From assembly GCA_963422265.1 (NCBI GenBank), contig OY729416.1, positions 160,001 to 224,000 on the forward strand: a DNA stretch of 64,000 nucleotides, read 5' to 3'. This DNA comes from Thermodesulfobacteriota bacterium. Its GTDB lineage: Bacteria; Desulfobacterota_D; UBA1144; Nemesobacterales; UBA2774. Of the stretch, positions 1 to 13,000 are shown piece by piece. Made by a program: the position numbers and the translations under genes. The notes under the pieces are model-generated. The model worked only from the letters and a program-made list of their open reading frames with translations, did not search any database and was not told the DNA's origin. Positions within the stretch are counted from its first letter, which is position 1, and each line of letters opens with the position of its first letter.

Positions 1-385
1 CGTTTCGTATCTCCGACATAACTTCTACCACCGTGCCGTAGGGGACATTTGAATCGGCTCTTAGGAAAACCTCTTCTTCCGTTACATCTTGCGGGCTTGC
101 TGTAATAAGTCGTTGAATCGCTGACCTCAGCTCGGGCAGCGTATGCCTGTTTTTCTCTATGAATATTTCGCCTGCTCGATTTAGCGTAACTACCACCCTT
201 TTCGTGCGTTCTATCGAGGGCATAGGTTTTGACTCGGTCTTAGGCAGATTAACGTCCACTCCCTGATATAGAATAGGCGTTGTCACCATAAATATAACAA
301 GCAGGACAAGCATCACATCAACAAACGGCGTTACGTTTATTTCAGATAGCACCGTCCGTCCATTGTTATTGTTCCGCATTCCCAT
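1..385 (-). CDS. tolR: TolR/ExbD biopolymer transport protein (3' end outside window)
   Basis: Manual translation from ATG at 385: MGMRNNNNGRTVLSEINVTPFVDVMLVLLVIFMVTTPIL..GVDVNLP, the ExbD/TolR signature; directly downstream of tolQ. Confidence 0.85.
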   Translation of the reverse strand, partial: MGMRNNNNGRTVLSEINVTPFVDVMLVLLVIFMVTTPILYQGVDVNLPKTESKPMPSIERTKRVVVTLNRAGEIFIEKNRHTLPELRSAIQRLITASPQDVTEEEVFLRADSNVPYGTVVEVMSEIRN

Positions 386-391
386 AGGTAT

Positions 392-1150
392 CTAAACCTT
401 TTTGACGTACCACTCGACTATATTAAGAAATTCAGCTGAAAAATTTTCCATTTCCACGTCTATTCTTTTTACCCTATTGAGAAAATAGTTATAAGCGACG
501 ACTGCTGGAATAGCGGCAGCCAGTCCTATCGCCGTAGCGATCAAAGCCTCTGCGATACCGGGAGCTACAGCTTGAAGCGTAGGTATCCCGTCGCTTCCTG
601 CTAGTCCTATGAACGAAGTCATGATACCCCAGACAGTCCCAAAAAGACCTATAAAGGGAGCCGAGCTTCCCGTCGTAGCTAGAAAGGTCAGCGAGTTCTC
701 AAGCTTAGAAATCTCGGAAGACATTGTTTTTTTTAGCGCTCTTTCAACAAACTCAGTGACGCCTATGTCCTCAGTAATTGTCTCAGGTGCGGATTTGACT
801 TCAGGATTTTGCGAAGACCTTGATGACCTGCTTACTTTGAGCATTTCGGAATATCCCGCTCTGAATATCTCCGCGAACGGTCCCCCAATATGCTTTGTCG
901 AAGAGAAGAGTTTGCCTAAGTTGTCACTCGCATTGTAGAGATCAAGGAACTTTGCCGATTTCTTAGTTACGCTTTTAAGCGCAAAATACTTTGAGAATAT
1001 AATAGTCCACGAGACTAAGGACATCAGAAGCAGTATTAGAAGAACCGCTTTAACTACTGGTCCCGCCTGAGCAACTAGCCCAAGCACCTCTATGTTACCA
1101 CCTATGGCAACCCCTTGTGCTTCAAGCATGAAGTGTGTCAAATTTGCCAC
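392..1150 (-). CDS. tolQ: TolQ/ExbB proton channel protein
   Basis: APFIGLFGTVWGIM and GIAEALIATAIGLAAAIPA motifs of the MotA/TolQ/ExbB family. Confidence 0.9.
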   Translation of the reverse strand: MANLTHFMLEAQGVAIGGNIEVLGLVAQAGPVVKAVLLILLLMSLVSWTIIFSKYFALKSVTKKSAKFLDLYNASDNLGKLFSSTKHIGGPFAEIFRAGYSEMLKVSRSSRSSQNPEVKSAPETITEDIGVTEFVERALKKTMSSEISKLENSLTFLATTGSSAPFIGLFGTVWGIMTSFIGLAGSDGIPTLQAVAPGIAEALIATAIGLAAAIPAVVAYNYFLNRVKRIDVEMENFSAEFLNIVEWYVKKV

Positions 1151-1207
1151 TTTATTAACCTACTTATAAGCAAGATTTAGGATTAGAGTTTCCCACAATT
1201 AGCCACT

Positions 1208-1279
1208 AAAATCAAATGAGCCCTGGTGTAAAAATCAAATGAGCCCTGGCGTAAAAATCAAATGAGCCCTGGCGTAAAA
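1208..1279. repeat. Tandem repeat, 3 x 23 bp (AAAATCAAATGAGCCCTGGYGTA)
   Basis: Copies at 1208-1230, 1231-1253 and 1254-1276; one mismatch; no spacers. Confidence 0.95.
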
Positions 1280-1452
1280 CTGGTCAAGGATTTTCGTTTC
1301 TCTGTCTCTACTGGATACCGCTTCTCGCATGAAAGATACTTCTTAACGTAGCATCAGTTATAATAATCCGTTAGAATCTGGTTTTTCTATCAAAGTTTCC
1401 CTTTAATGTATAATTGTCTTTTTTCAAATCTAGTTAATGAAGGAGGAGTCAA

Positions 1453-1905
1453 ATGACGCGTCTTACAAAAACATCTCTTGCGCTAACGGCTATTGCTTTA
1501 GTTGGGTTAATTCCCATATCGGTATTTGCTCAAGAAAATAGATACCAAAGGGTGATAGAAGAGAGCTTTTACGTAGTAAAACCTGAGAATGTCGAGAAGT
1601 TCTTGCAAGTGTATAGAGACAAGCTATATCCTTTCTGGAGCGAAATGAGAAAAAGAGGTGTTATTGTTAGCGACTACAAGATGTATTCACAAAGACTCCA
1701 TACGCTCTCGCCTCTGTGGACCTATAAAACGGTGGTTGAATTCAAGAACTACGAGGCGGTCGATAAATGGCTCAAGATAAGGGATGAAGTATATGACGGA
1801 TTATTCCCTGGCAAGGGTGGATATAAAGCCCCGCGCAAGGAAATTGACGCAATAACGGAATCCCACTGGGACGAGTTTATAAGAGAGATTCCATTAGCTA
1901 AGTGA
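1453..1905 (+). CDS. Exported hypothetical protein, possibly NIPSNAP-like dimeric alpha-beta barrel
   Basis: AGGAGG SD; signal peptide ending VFA-Q; pattern YVVKPENVEKFLQVY...TVVEFKNYEAVD...HWDE. Confidence 0.65.
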   Translation: MTRLTKTSLALTAIALVGLIPISVFAQENRYQRVIEESFYVVKPENVEKFLQVYRDKLYPFWSEMRKRGVIVSDYKMYSQRLHTLSPLWTYKTVVEFKNYEAVDKWLKIRDEVYDGLFPGKGGYKAPRKEIDAITESHWDEFIREIPLAK

Positions 1906-1985
1906 AGAATATGAAGAATATAACGTAGTATTGTAAGGCGTTGTCAGTTTTTGAGTTATATGAGTAAGTAAAGGAGCGAGGGAGT

Positions 1986-2540
1986 ATGTCAATCAGACCT
2001 GATCACTGGATTAGAAAAATGGCGAGGGAGCACGGGATGATAAACCCCTTTGTGGATAAGCAGGTGAGGGACGGTGCAATTTCTTATGGGCTTTCCGCTT
2101 ATGGTTACGATATAAGGGTGAGTGACGAATTTAAAGTGTTTACCAACGTCTATAATTCCGTGGTGGACCCTAAGAGTTTTGATGATAAGTCTTTTGTTGA
2201 AATAAAGGCTGACGCCTGTATGATCCCCCCTAACTCTTTCGCATTAGCGAGGACGGTAGAGTATTTTAGAATACCGAGAAGCACAATCACTCTGTGCGTG
2301 GGTAAATCCACCTACGCACGCTGCGGGATTATAGTGAACGTGACTCCCTTCGAGCCTGAATGGGAGGGGTTTGTGACGCTTGAGATCTCAAATACCACGC
2401 CGCTTCCAGCCAAGATATACGCTAACGAGGGCATAGCCCAGGTTCTCTTTCTTGAGTCGGATGAACCGTGTGAAGTATCTTACGCTGATAAAAAAGGCAG
2501 ATACCAGAGACAAATTGGTATTACGCCGCCAAAAGTTTAG
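1986..2540 (+). CDS. dcd: dCTP deaminase
   Basis: [39 protein letters not shown] motifs. Confidence 0.97.
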   Translation: MSIRPDHWIRKMAREHGMINPFVDKQVRDGAISYGLSAYGYDIRVSDEFKVFTNVYNSVVDPKSFDDKSFVEIKADACMIPPNSFALARTVEYFRIPRSTITLCVGKSTYARCGIIVNVTPFEPEWEGFVTLEISNTTPLPAKIYANEGIAQVLFLESDEPCEVSYADKKGRYQRQIGITPPKV

Positions 2541-2618
2541 AGAAAAAAGGAAGTTAGAGACATACGTTCCACTTAAATAGCCTTGATTTTATCGTGCTTT
2601 TCTTGGCTAATATGATAA

Positions 2619-5135
<2,517 letters not shown>

Positions 5136-5141
5136 CTGTGA

Positions 5142-5627
5142 TTATTTAGGACTAGACAGGAAATTTTCTGCCCTATGAACCTGTTGCACAATATCCGTTA
5201 GCAATTCTCCAATAATGACGTCTTCATGAGAATAACCATATACTCCGGAGTGTGATGGATCGCCATAAGTATGGTCAGGTTTCAATTCGGGTTTGTATAG
5301 AATCTGTATTTTCCTCCTATCATCAGTCTCCGCTTTTACATATTCAATTGCTCTTTGCACGTTTATTATTGGCAGCCGGTCATTCTTTTTAACTTTTAAT
5401 TTATCTTTGTAGATATTTATTATATTTTGTACACAAACTTCTAGGTCTGTATTACCATCGTATTCAAGCCAATTCACCGACATATAATCTTCTTTAGGTC
5501 GCGGTAGTAACGCCTTTCCGTCTATTTTACCTCCGTTGTGAACAAGAGATTTCTTGACTAGTTTGGTTATATGTGACGTTGGTGGAAGTGGGTCGTTATC
5601 TTTCTCATTACCGACAAATCCATTCAT
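5142..5627 (-). CDS. Hypothetical protein, putative ART/Tse2-like toxin fold (third gene of TIGR04255 cassette)
   Basis: ATG at 5627 overlaps the 3' end of the upstream gene (ORF track 5672); motifs PRPKEDYMSVNWLEY and DPSHSGVYG; fold assignment is inference. Confidence 0.6.
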   Translation of the reverse strand: MNGFVGNEKDNDPLPPTSHITKLVKKSLVHNGGKIDGKALLPRPKEDYMSVNWLEYDGNTDLEVCVQNIINIYKDKLKVKKNDRLPIINVQRAIEYVKAETDDRRKIQILYKPELKPDHTYGDPSHSGVYGYSHEDVIIGELLTDIVQQVHRAENFLSSPK

Positions 5628-6243
5628 CAGCTCCCATGGAAACCACAACTTGGTAAAGGCGCTCTTTATCAATTGTCCCGGTAGAACGCATAACTTTTCC
5701 TGTGTTGTTAGGATTAGGTGTGAAAATTACGTAAGTGTTAGTATCGTCAGGGTTAAACTCTACTGCTAAATGCTGTATTCTTGACTTACGCCACAACGCT
5801 CTAATATTACCTTCGTAAGTAACAATAAAAGAAGGTATGATTAAATTATCGTTCTTTGTCAAGAAATCAGTAAAATTATTAAAGGATTCGAAACTTATTA
5901 TTTTTTGCTCCGTATCTTGATCATCTTCAATATCTTCAATTAATTCATAAGTTCTAGGGGTAATGTAATCATCAAAGTCAGGTCTTTCTCGATAAAGACT
6001 AAGCACCAAAGTTTTAATTCTTTTATGGCTATCTAGGTTGTCTTCCTCGATGTCTTTGTAATAGCCTAAACTTCTAAAAAGAGTAGAGTTCTCTTCTTCG
6101 TATACCTTGTAATAATTTGTTTTTAAATTTGTTTGGGGAGAGGCAGGTAATGTATCCAAATGAGTTGATACTCCAATACTAGGGGGAATGTTATTGTAGG
6201 ATATAGATCGGTTCTCCTTAGGCTCCACATCAGTTAAATTCAT
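5608..6243 (-). CDS. Hypothetical protein, putative antitoxin (second gene of TIGR04255 cassette)
   Basis: ATG at 6243 forms an ATGA overlap with the upstream stop; polar low-complexity N-half, then C-terminal domain ISFESFNNF..PSFIVTYEGNIRALW..LAVEF. Confidence 0.65.
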   Translation of the reverse strand: MNLTDVEPKENRSISYNNIPPSIGVSTHLDTLPASPQTNLKTNYYKVYEEENSTLFRSLGYYKDIEEDNLDSHKRIKTLVLSLYRERPDFDDYITPRTYELIEDIEDDQDTEQKIISFESFNNFTDFLTKNDNLIIPSFIVTYEGNIRALWRKSRIQHLAVEFNPDDTNTYVIFTPNPNNTGKVMRSTGTIDKERLYQVVVSMGADEWICR

Positions 6244-7010
6244 GAGACTTCCTTTTTCTCCCAATTAGTTTTTGTTGTATCACTATCAGTGAGTTTTTCA
6301 AAATTCTGCGTAAGCTGTTCGTGTACGTAATCAAACCAGTCGTTCATATTGTGGTTTGAGGAGTCAAACCCGCTCGCTCCATTTTCAAATACTATTATTT
6401 TTTGTTTCGTGTTCTTAAGTGTAGTTGTAAAGAGATTTAATTTGAATATTCCTTTCTTAGCATCCGGCAAATCATAGATATAATTTAAGTTAAAGTCTTT
6501 AACTTCTTGACCGCTTAAAGTTTCAGGGAAGTCAAGGCGTTTAATTATATCTGAAAGTTCCTTGGCTTCTCTAAAGTCAAAGTTTTCTTTTAAGTGGTTT
6601 ACATAATTGAATTCATATTTGAGCGGAGCAGGTTCATTAAAGCCTTTTTCTTTGAGGAATTCCAAGAATGATGAATAATTGTTGTTAAAGAGCCTGTTCA
6701 TTTCACTATATTCAGGATATTGGTCTTCTCCTTCCACCTTGCGCCAATTGCATAGGAAGCAGTTGTTTTGTATCTGAACTAGTTTATTTAGTGATTCTGT
6801 GATGAACCAAAACCTGGGCGCGGGGTATATTTCGCTATTGCTTTGAATAGGCTTGCCATAGTTGGTGGCTTGTTCGGATTTTGGATATTTATCAATGATC
6901 TTTTCCCAAAACAAACCGATGTGTTCAGAGCGCAGACCATAAATTGGGAGAAACTCTACGCCCATTACAACTTCAATTACCGGTGGTTTACTATATTTAG
7001 CAGTGTTCAT
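6240..7010 (-). CDS. TIGR04255 family protein
   Basis: YSKPPVIEVVMGVEF, HIGLFW, PRFWF, VQIQ..F..NWRK, YPEY, YVNHL pattern typical of TIGR04255. Confidence 0.8.
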   Translation of the reverse strand: MNTAKYSKPPVIEVVMGVEFLPIYGLRSEHIGLFWEKIIDKYPKSEQATNYGKPIQSNSEIYPAPRFWFITESLNKLVQIQNNCFLCNWRKVEGEDQYPEYSEMNRLFNNNYSSFLEFLKEKGFNEPAPLKYEFNYVNHLKENFDFREAKELSDIIKRLDFPETLSGQEVKDFNLNYIYDLPDAKKGIFKLNLFTTTLKNTKQKIIVFENGASGFDSSNHNMNDWFDYVHEQLTQNFEKLTDSDTTKTNWEKKEVS

Positions 7011-7159
7011 TATATCATTAAATACAAAGTAACTACGACTGTAGAATTATATCTATTGCTTAGTACAAGGCAAGTTAGGGCTAGCAATATATGGCATTTG
7101 AACACATAATACTTGTCAGAGGAATGATGTAAAATCCATGATAACAAAGCTATCAGAGA

Positions 7160-8224
7160 TCAACTAAGATAACCATAGTTCTGTAATACTAGCATGGCAG
7201 CACTTATGATTATGACGTTCAGTATTGCAAGTGGAAAGAGCACCTTCCAGCCTAGATTCATAACCTGATCATAGCGAAATCTAGGCAGAGTAAACCTAAC
7301 CCAGATGAAGAAGAAGAGAAAAGTAAGCACCTTTCCTATGAAGACGAGCGGGGGTAGGTACCAGTGTTTGTCTATATCCACTCCAAACCATCCGCCGAAG
7401 GGGAGCGGGTACCATCCGCCGAAGAATAATGCTACCACAAGGCAGGAAACTACTATCATGTGCGTGTACTCTGCCATAAAAAACATTGCAAACTTCATGC
7501 TGCTGTATTCAGTGTGGTATCCAGCAACTATCTCGGTCTCAGCCTCTGGCATGTCAAAAGGAAGCCTATTTGTCTCTGCGAACGCCGCCGCAATAAACAC
7601 TATGGCGCCTAGTATCTGTGGAAAAACGAACCAGTAGTTAGATTGCGCCTCAATTATATCTTCAAGCCTCAAAGAGCCGCTCCAGGCTATGACTCCCAAA
7701 ATAGACATTCCCATAGCTAGCTCGTAGCTTATCATCTGGGCTGCCCCTCTCAGCCCGCCTAGAAAAGAGTACTTGCTGTTGGATGCCCATCCGCCTAGCA
7801 CGACCCCATAAACACTAAGGGAGCCTATAGCCAGCACATAAAGGACGCCAACGTTTATGTCCGCTATCTGAAATTGGATAAATACAGGTTCGGCAAACAG
7901 CCCGAACAATGTCGTCTCAAAGCCCTTTCCTACGGGTATGACTGCAAGGGCGATTAATGCAGTAATCAAAGCAAATGCGGGCGCAATTATAAAGAAAGGC
8001 TTATTAGCGTCCCTTGGTATAATGTCTTCTTTGAATATGAATTTTGCGCCGTCAGCCAGAGGTTGGAGAAATCCGAACGGTCCAACGCGGTTCGGTCCGA
8101 GCCTATCTTGAATAAAAGCGCTTACTCTCCTTTCCGCAAGCGTGAGGTAGGCGACGAGCGTAAGAACTGCGAATAAAACGAGCGCTATTTTTGCGAGGGA
8201 AATCCCTAATTCAACCCAAAGCAT
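7160..8224 (-). CDS. nuoH: NADH-quinone oxidoreductase subunit H
   Basis: ERRVSAFIQDRLGPNRVG, AETNRLPFD, GYHTEYS, PRFRYDQ. Confidence 0.97.
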   Translation of the reverse strand: MLWVELGISLAKIALVLFAVLTLVAYLTLAERRVSAFIQDRLGPNRVGPFGFLQPLADGAKFIFKEDIIPRDANKPFFIIAPAFALITALIALAVIPVGKGFETTLFGLFAEPVFIQFQIADINVGVLYVLAIGSLSVYGVVLGGWASNSKYSFLGGLRGAAQMISYELAMGMSILGVIAWSGSLRLEDIIEAQSNYWFVFPQILGAIVFIAAAFAETNRLPFDMPEAETEIVAGYHTEYSSMKFAMFFMAEYTHMIVVSCLVVALFFGGWYPLPFGGWFGVDIDKHWYLPPLVFIGKVLTFLFFFIWVRFTLPRFRYDQVMNLGWKVLFPLAILNVIIISAAMLVLQNYGYLS

Positions 8225-8259
8225 ATTCTATCTATTATCCATATTGTTCGTAAATCTAA

Positions 8260-9858
8260 TTAATTAGCGGTATTCGCTCCAAGCGCTTCAATTCTATCGT
8301 ATGTAAAACCTTCAAACGCGGGAAACCTCTCTGCTATTTCTAACAAGATGCTTGGGGGATTTTTAAAGCCGAAAGACTCCTTCTGAAACCTGCTTCCTAC
8401 AAGAGCTAGTATTTCCCAGTCAGGCTTAGCCGTTCCAGGCGCAGTTATTACTTTTCTTATTCTCTGCACCTTTCCCCTATCGTTTGTGAAGGTGCCTTCT
8501 TTCTCATAAGCGGTCGCTCCTGGAAGGATTACGTTCGCTGACCTAACAGTTTCGGTGAGCTTAAAATCTTGCACCACCAACAATGATAGTCGTAACAAGC
8601 ATTCTTTTAACTTTGGATGGTCGCTTTTAGGGATAAATTCGAATAGGTCTAGTCCAGCTACGTAGAGGGCACTTAGTTTGCCTTCGAGAATGGAGTCAAT
8701 AATTTCCAGAAGCTTATTAGTCCCATGGGGGAGTTCGAGTTCCTTGACGCCGTAGCTGTTGGGATAGGGGTCAGTGCTTATTAAGCCGAATTTCTTGGGT
8801 TCGCTTGTTACGCCTACGTTAGATACAATCTTACTTATATTAAGCGTTTCTCCGATTTTTTTAAGAAGATAAAGCTCTTCATTAGTAAGCACAGCAGAAC
8901 CTAAAAGCGCGATTGATTCAGGGGATTCTTCCTTTGCTAGGGCTAATTTTCTTGCCGAGAAATCTAAGGCTTCATCCCAGCCGATGATTTCAAACTCCTC
9001 TCCCTTCCTGATTATAGGGTGTTTCAATCTTATTGCATCTTCCTGAACCTGCTTGAAGTCATATCTTCCTCTATCGCATATCCAGTACTCATTAACGTCC
9101 ATATTTATCCTAGGTCTTACCCTTGAGATCTTACCCTTTCTCGGATCGACCCCAACGGTTATGTTGCAACCGTTGCTGCACAACGGGCAGACGGTATCCG
9201 TGAATTTCCAGTACCACACCCTTTCCTCGTGTAGGGTGTCTTTGTTAAGTAGTGCCCCTACTGGGCACAGATCGGTAACGTTTCCTGAGAGCTCCGAGTC
9301 CAAGCTCTTATAGGGGAACACGACGATTTTTTTTCTAAAACCTCTACCCTCATAACCGAGTTCCCCCGTTTGGGTAATCTCATCTGTAAACCTGACGCAC
9401 CTTGTACACATGATGCAGCGATTCGGGTCGTAAAGAATCTTATCGCTCAAGTAATACTTCTTTCTGACTTTTTTTTCTTCAGGACCTTCAAATCTGCTGT
9501 ATCCTGGACCATGTTTTACGGTTGTAAGTTGAAGGGGGCACTCACCCCCCTTATCACATATAGGGCAATCGAGCGGATGATTGATAAGCGTAAACTCAAC
9601 TGTCGCTTTTCTTGCCTTTATGGCTCTTTCAGAGTTTGTCTTAACAATTAAGCCCTCTCTCACGTAAGTATTACAAGCAGGCATTACCTTAGGAATACCC
9701 TCAATCTCCACTAGGCATTGCCTGCATTGAGCGACAACGCTTAAGGCAGGGTGGTAACAAAAGTGAGGTACTTCTATACCGACGCGATTAGCGGCTTGTA
9801 TAAGGTTTAGACCTTCCTCCGTTTCTAGTTCTTTACCGTCTATGGTGAGCTTTGGCAT
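8260..9858 (-). CDS. nuoG: NADH-quinone oxidoreductase subunit G (short form)
   Basis: FCYHP..CRQCLVE..AC; NHPLDCPICDKGGECPLQ; CIMCTRC; CPLCSNGC..CDRGR Fe-S motifs. Confidence 0.9.
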   Translation of the reverse strand: MPKLTIDGKELETEEGLNLIQAANRVGIEVPHFCYHPALSVVAQCRQCLVEIEGIPKVMPACNTYVREGLIVKTNSERAIKARKATVEFTLINHPLDCPICDKGGECPLQLTTVKHGPGYSRFEGPEEKKVRKKYYLSDKILYDPNRCIMCTRCVRFTDEITQTGELGYEGRGFRKKIVVFPYKSLDSELSGNVTDLCPVGALLNKDTLHEERVWYWKFTDTVCPLCSNGCNITVGVDPRKGKISRVRPRINMDVNEYWICDRGRYDFKQVQEDAIRLKHPIIRKGEEFEIIGWDEALDFSARKLALAKEESPESIALLGSAVLTNEELYLLKKIGETLNISKIVSNVGVTSEPKKFGLISTDPYPNSYGVKELELPHGTNKLLEIIDSILEGKLSALYVAGLDLFEFIPKSDHPKLKECLLRLSLLVVQDFKLTETVRSANVILPGATAYEKEGTFTNDRGKVQRIRKVITAPGTAKPDWEILALVGSRFQKESFGFKNPPSILLEIAERFPAFEGFTYDRIEALGANTAN

Positions 9859-10077
9859 GGAAAGACATTTAAGCCTACAGGAATGACGGAAATACTATCT
9901 GACCTTGATTGTCTTAGCAAGTTATGAATTTTAGTATTTCTGGTCTCGCAAGATTTAGCGTCTATGCTAGTAGCTTAGACGGCGTGATCCCTTCTTCTGG
10001 AGAAACAGTTAATGTCTGATTCACTATTAAAGTTCTGGTTATTCTGCGCGGTGGTGATTATGTTATAATCCAAAGCA

Positions 10078-13000
10078 ATGAGAATGCGTCCCAAAATATT
10101 CAAGCCTATTGCCGTCCTCCTCTTAGTTTTAGCGTTACTTGTAGCAACTTTTTATATAGTAATACAGACACATTTCTTTAATCAGATTACAAGAAACGTC
10201 CTAAACTCCTTCGTAACTGAGCTAACGGATCAGGGCTTTGCTATTGGTAGTATTGATGGGAATCTTCTTCATGGATTCACGCTCAGAGACGTCTCTTTCC
10301 GTATTGAAGGTCGGGAGTTTATAGAATGCAAGGGAATATCTATTGGTTACTCGCTACCTTTAATGCTAGACCGCTCAACGTTGTTTAGACGAGTTTTTTC
10401 CGTGGACGAAGTTTCATTAACTGGCGTGCGAGTTAACCTAATTCGTTACTCTGACGGTGCGTGGAATTTCGAGAAAATCAAATCGTTTGGACGGAAAGAG
10501 CAAGCCCCACTAGGTTGGAGTATCTTTCTCAATAGCACCAATATAAATGATTTAATAATAACGGTTAGCGATCCGCTAAAAGAAAAGTCCAATAAATATG
10601 AGTTCCGCAACGTAGATGCGTCGGTAAAGATCCATAGAGCGATTGAGAGGGTTGACCTTAAATTGAAGGATGGAGAGGTAGTTTTTACATCTCAAATTTC
10701 CGGCTCCGACACTAATGAATTACGCCTTGATGGCGTCTCCGCAAACGCTTCTTATAGTGCATTGGAGTATGTGGATACTCTCGACGTGAAGTCGTTGAAC
10801 TTCAATTTTCGCGGTTTTCAAATTTCTGCAGAGAGTAAAATTAAGGATCTGAAAAGTCCGAAGTTCGAGTTTAGAGCTACTGCAGGGGGGATTAGGTTGG
10901 GCAATATAGTTAATGCAAATATAGAGTTAAGCGGCGTTGGCGAGCACTCAAAGCATAACCCCCTTAGAGTTCAGAGCAAGGCGAGGCTTTTGGACTCCTT
11001 ACTGATAGGTCAAGAGGTTCTAGGGGACATTAATTCCATTGATATAGACGGAGGGGAAATTGAATTTAGAGGTGGCAAGATCAATACGGATTTTGGTAGC
11101 GCTTCGTTTAATGGCACGCTGTTTCTAACGGAGCTTATGGGTGTCAAACAGAGCAATAATTTTGCATTTGACGTTTCTATTGATTCTCTTGAAATGAAAG
11201 AGATACTTGATTTCATCAAGGAAACCAAAGGTGTAAACTCCAACTCTCCAATCGGAGCTGTAAACACTGATATCTACAAAGGTTCTGACGCTGAACTGAA
11301 TGCTTATCTAAACGTGCTGGGTAACTGGGGCGAGTCAGATTCCCTTGAGGCGAGCGTTGTGGTATCGAATCTTGATCTGAGAAGCGGTGACAGTGGGGAA
11401 GTTAATCTAAAAGGACCAATTACGATAACAAATTCCGGGGTCCAATATGAATTGGATGCAGGTTTCCTAAACGTAAATCTAGCTACTGTATTTAAGAATG
11501 AAGGCTATATAAGCAATATCAATTCTAAATTTCGCCTAAGGGGGTTTTTACCGTATGGCAAGGATTTATTAAGCAGGCTTGAGGGTAGTGTAAAAGGAGA
11601 GGTTTTTCAATCCGAAATCCTTGGAATAGGCTTAAAGCGTGGGATTATTGACGCTTTCTACGGGGCAAACTTCCTTAATGTAGAATCCTTACTAATTGAA
11701 TCTGACAAATTAAATCTAGAAGCCAACGGTGCTATAGGGGATTCTCAGAACGTCGGCATTAGCTACGATCTGGACGTTGCTGATTTAAGGTTGCTGTCCA
11801 TATTTTTAGATAATACTGATTACGAAGGAAGACTTCAGGTTAGTGGCGACCTTAAAGGAGCCATGAGAAGCCTAGAAACTTCCCTTTTTGCTAAAATCTC
11901 CGATTTTAAGTCTGAGAAATATAGATTTGTGGCGAAGAAAATTGAAATAACTGGAAGCAGCAATTTTGATTTAGCTGATTTGAGACTAAATGCGAGCGGC
12001 AAGCTAGGGGAAATAAGTATTAGAGGTAGAGATTTCTCAACCATTGATATTGATGCAAAGGGTAAGTCAAGCGTTTTAGGGGGAGAAATAAGGGTCTCGG
12101 AAACCGTGAACAGGAATTATTCTGCTAGCTTTACGTTAAGAGACCTTCAAGATGAAGAAGTTAGTTTAGAGCTAAGTAAAGTTGTCCTAAACGTTCAGGA
12201 TGTCCTCTTGAAGAATCGTAAACCTATAATTTTGACCTTTATCAAAAACAAACTAAGCGTAAGCTCTCTTAATCTATATCAAGGGGATAATTTTATAATC
12301 GGAGATATTGAGTTAGGTGATAAGGTTGTAGCAAATATGCGCTCGAGAAAAATGAGACTCTCAAGTCTGTTAGATGTTCTTAACGCCCCTTTTTCTCTCA
12401 AAGGTTTAGTATCAGGCAAGATAGCGTTCGGGGGTTCCTTAGAGGGAATTGACGTAAGTGCTGATCTTGTTGCGGAAAACCTTGAATACATGGCTTTTAA
12501 GAGCGATGCCCTCCGGCTCAGCCTTCTTTTTGTTGATGATGATCTTAACGTGAGCCTAAGCATGAATAATGATTCTGAGCGTGTTCTCTCCGCAACTGCT
12601 AAGGCGCACGTTGATCCCAAATGGAAGAATTTTGAGGAGATAATTGAAAACGCGCCTTTTGACGCCCGCGTTCAATCTAAAGGGATTGATATTAGCCTAC
12701 TCTCTTTACTCCATCCTAAACTAACGTCCATCAAAGGAAGGCTCTTTGCTGACGTGAGTGCCAGGGGTGATGGGCAAAATCCTGATATTGCCGGCAGCTT
12801 TGAGTTGAAGGATGTTTCATTAAAAACTGTGTATATGAGGAATAAGATCAATATAGAGAGCGTGGTGTTAGACGTCCGAGGGATGCGCGGCGTTTTACGC
12901 CCGTTTCATATTGATACGGGTGGTGGCAAGGGGTTGTTTGAGGGGGAAATAGACTTTCGAGATATGTCTTACGTCGCGAAAGGGCGAATGTTCGAGCTAT

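Noticed and set aside
1208-1279. Possible mini-CRISPR array
   Set aside because: Repeats are directly adjacent with no spacers, and there are no cas genes
5142-7010. Canonical SecB-dependent TAC (CmdTAC/HigBAC)
   Set aside because: No recognisable SecB; the 256-aa protein is TIGR04255-like and gene order differs, so it is kept only as an analogy
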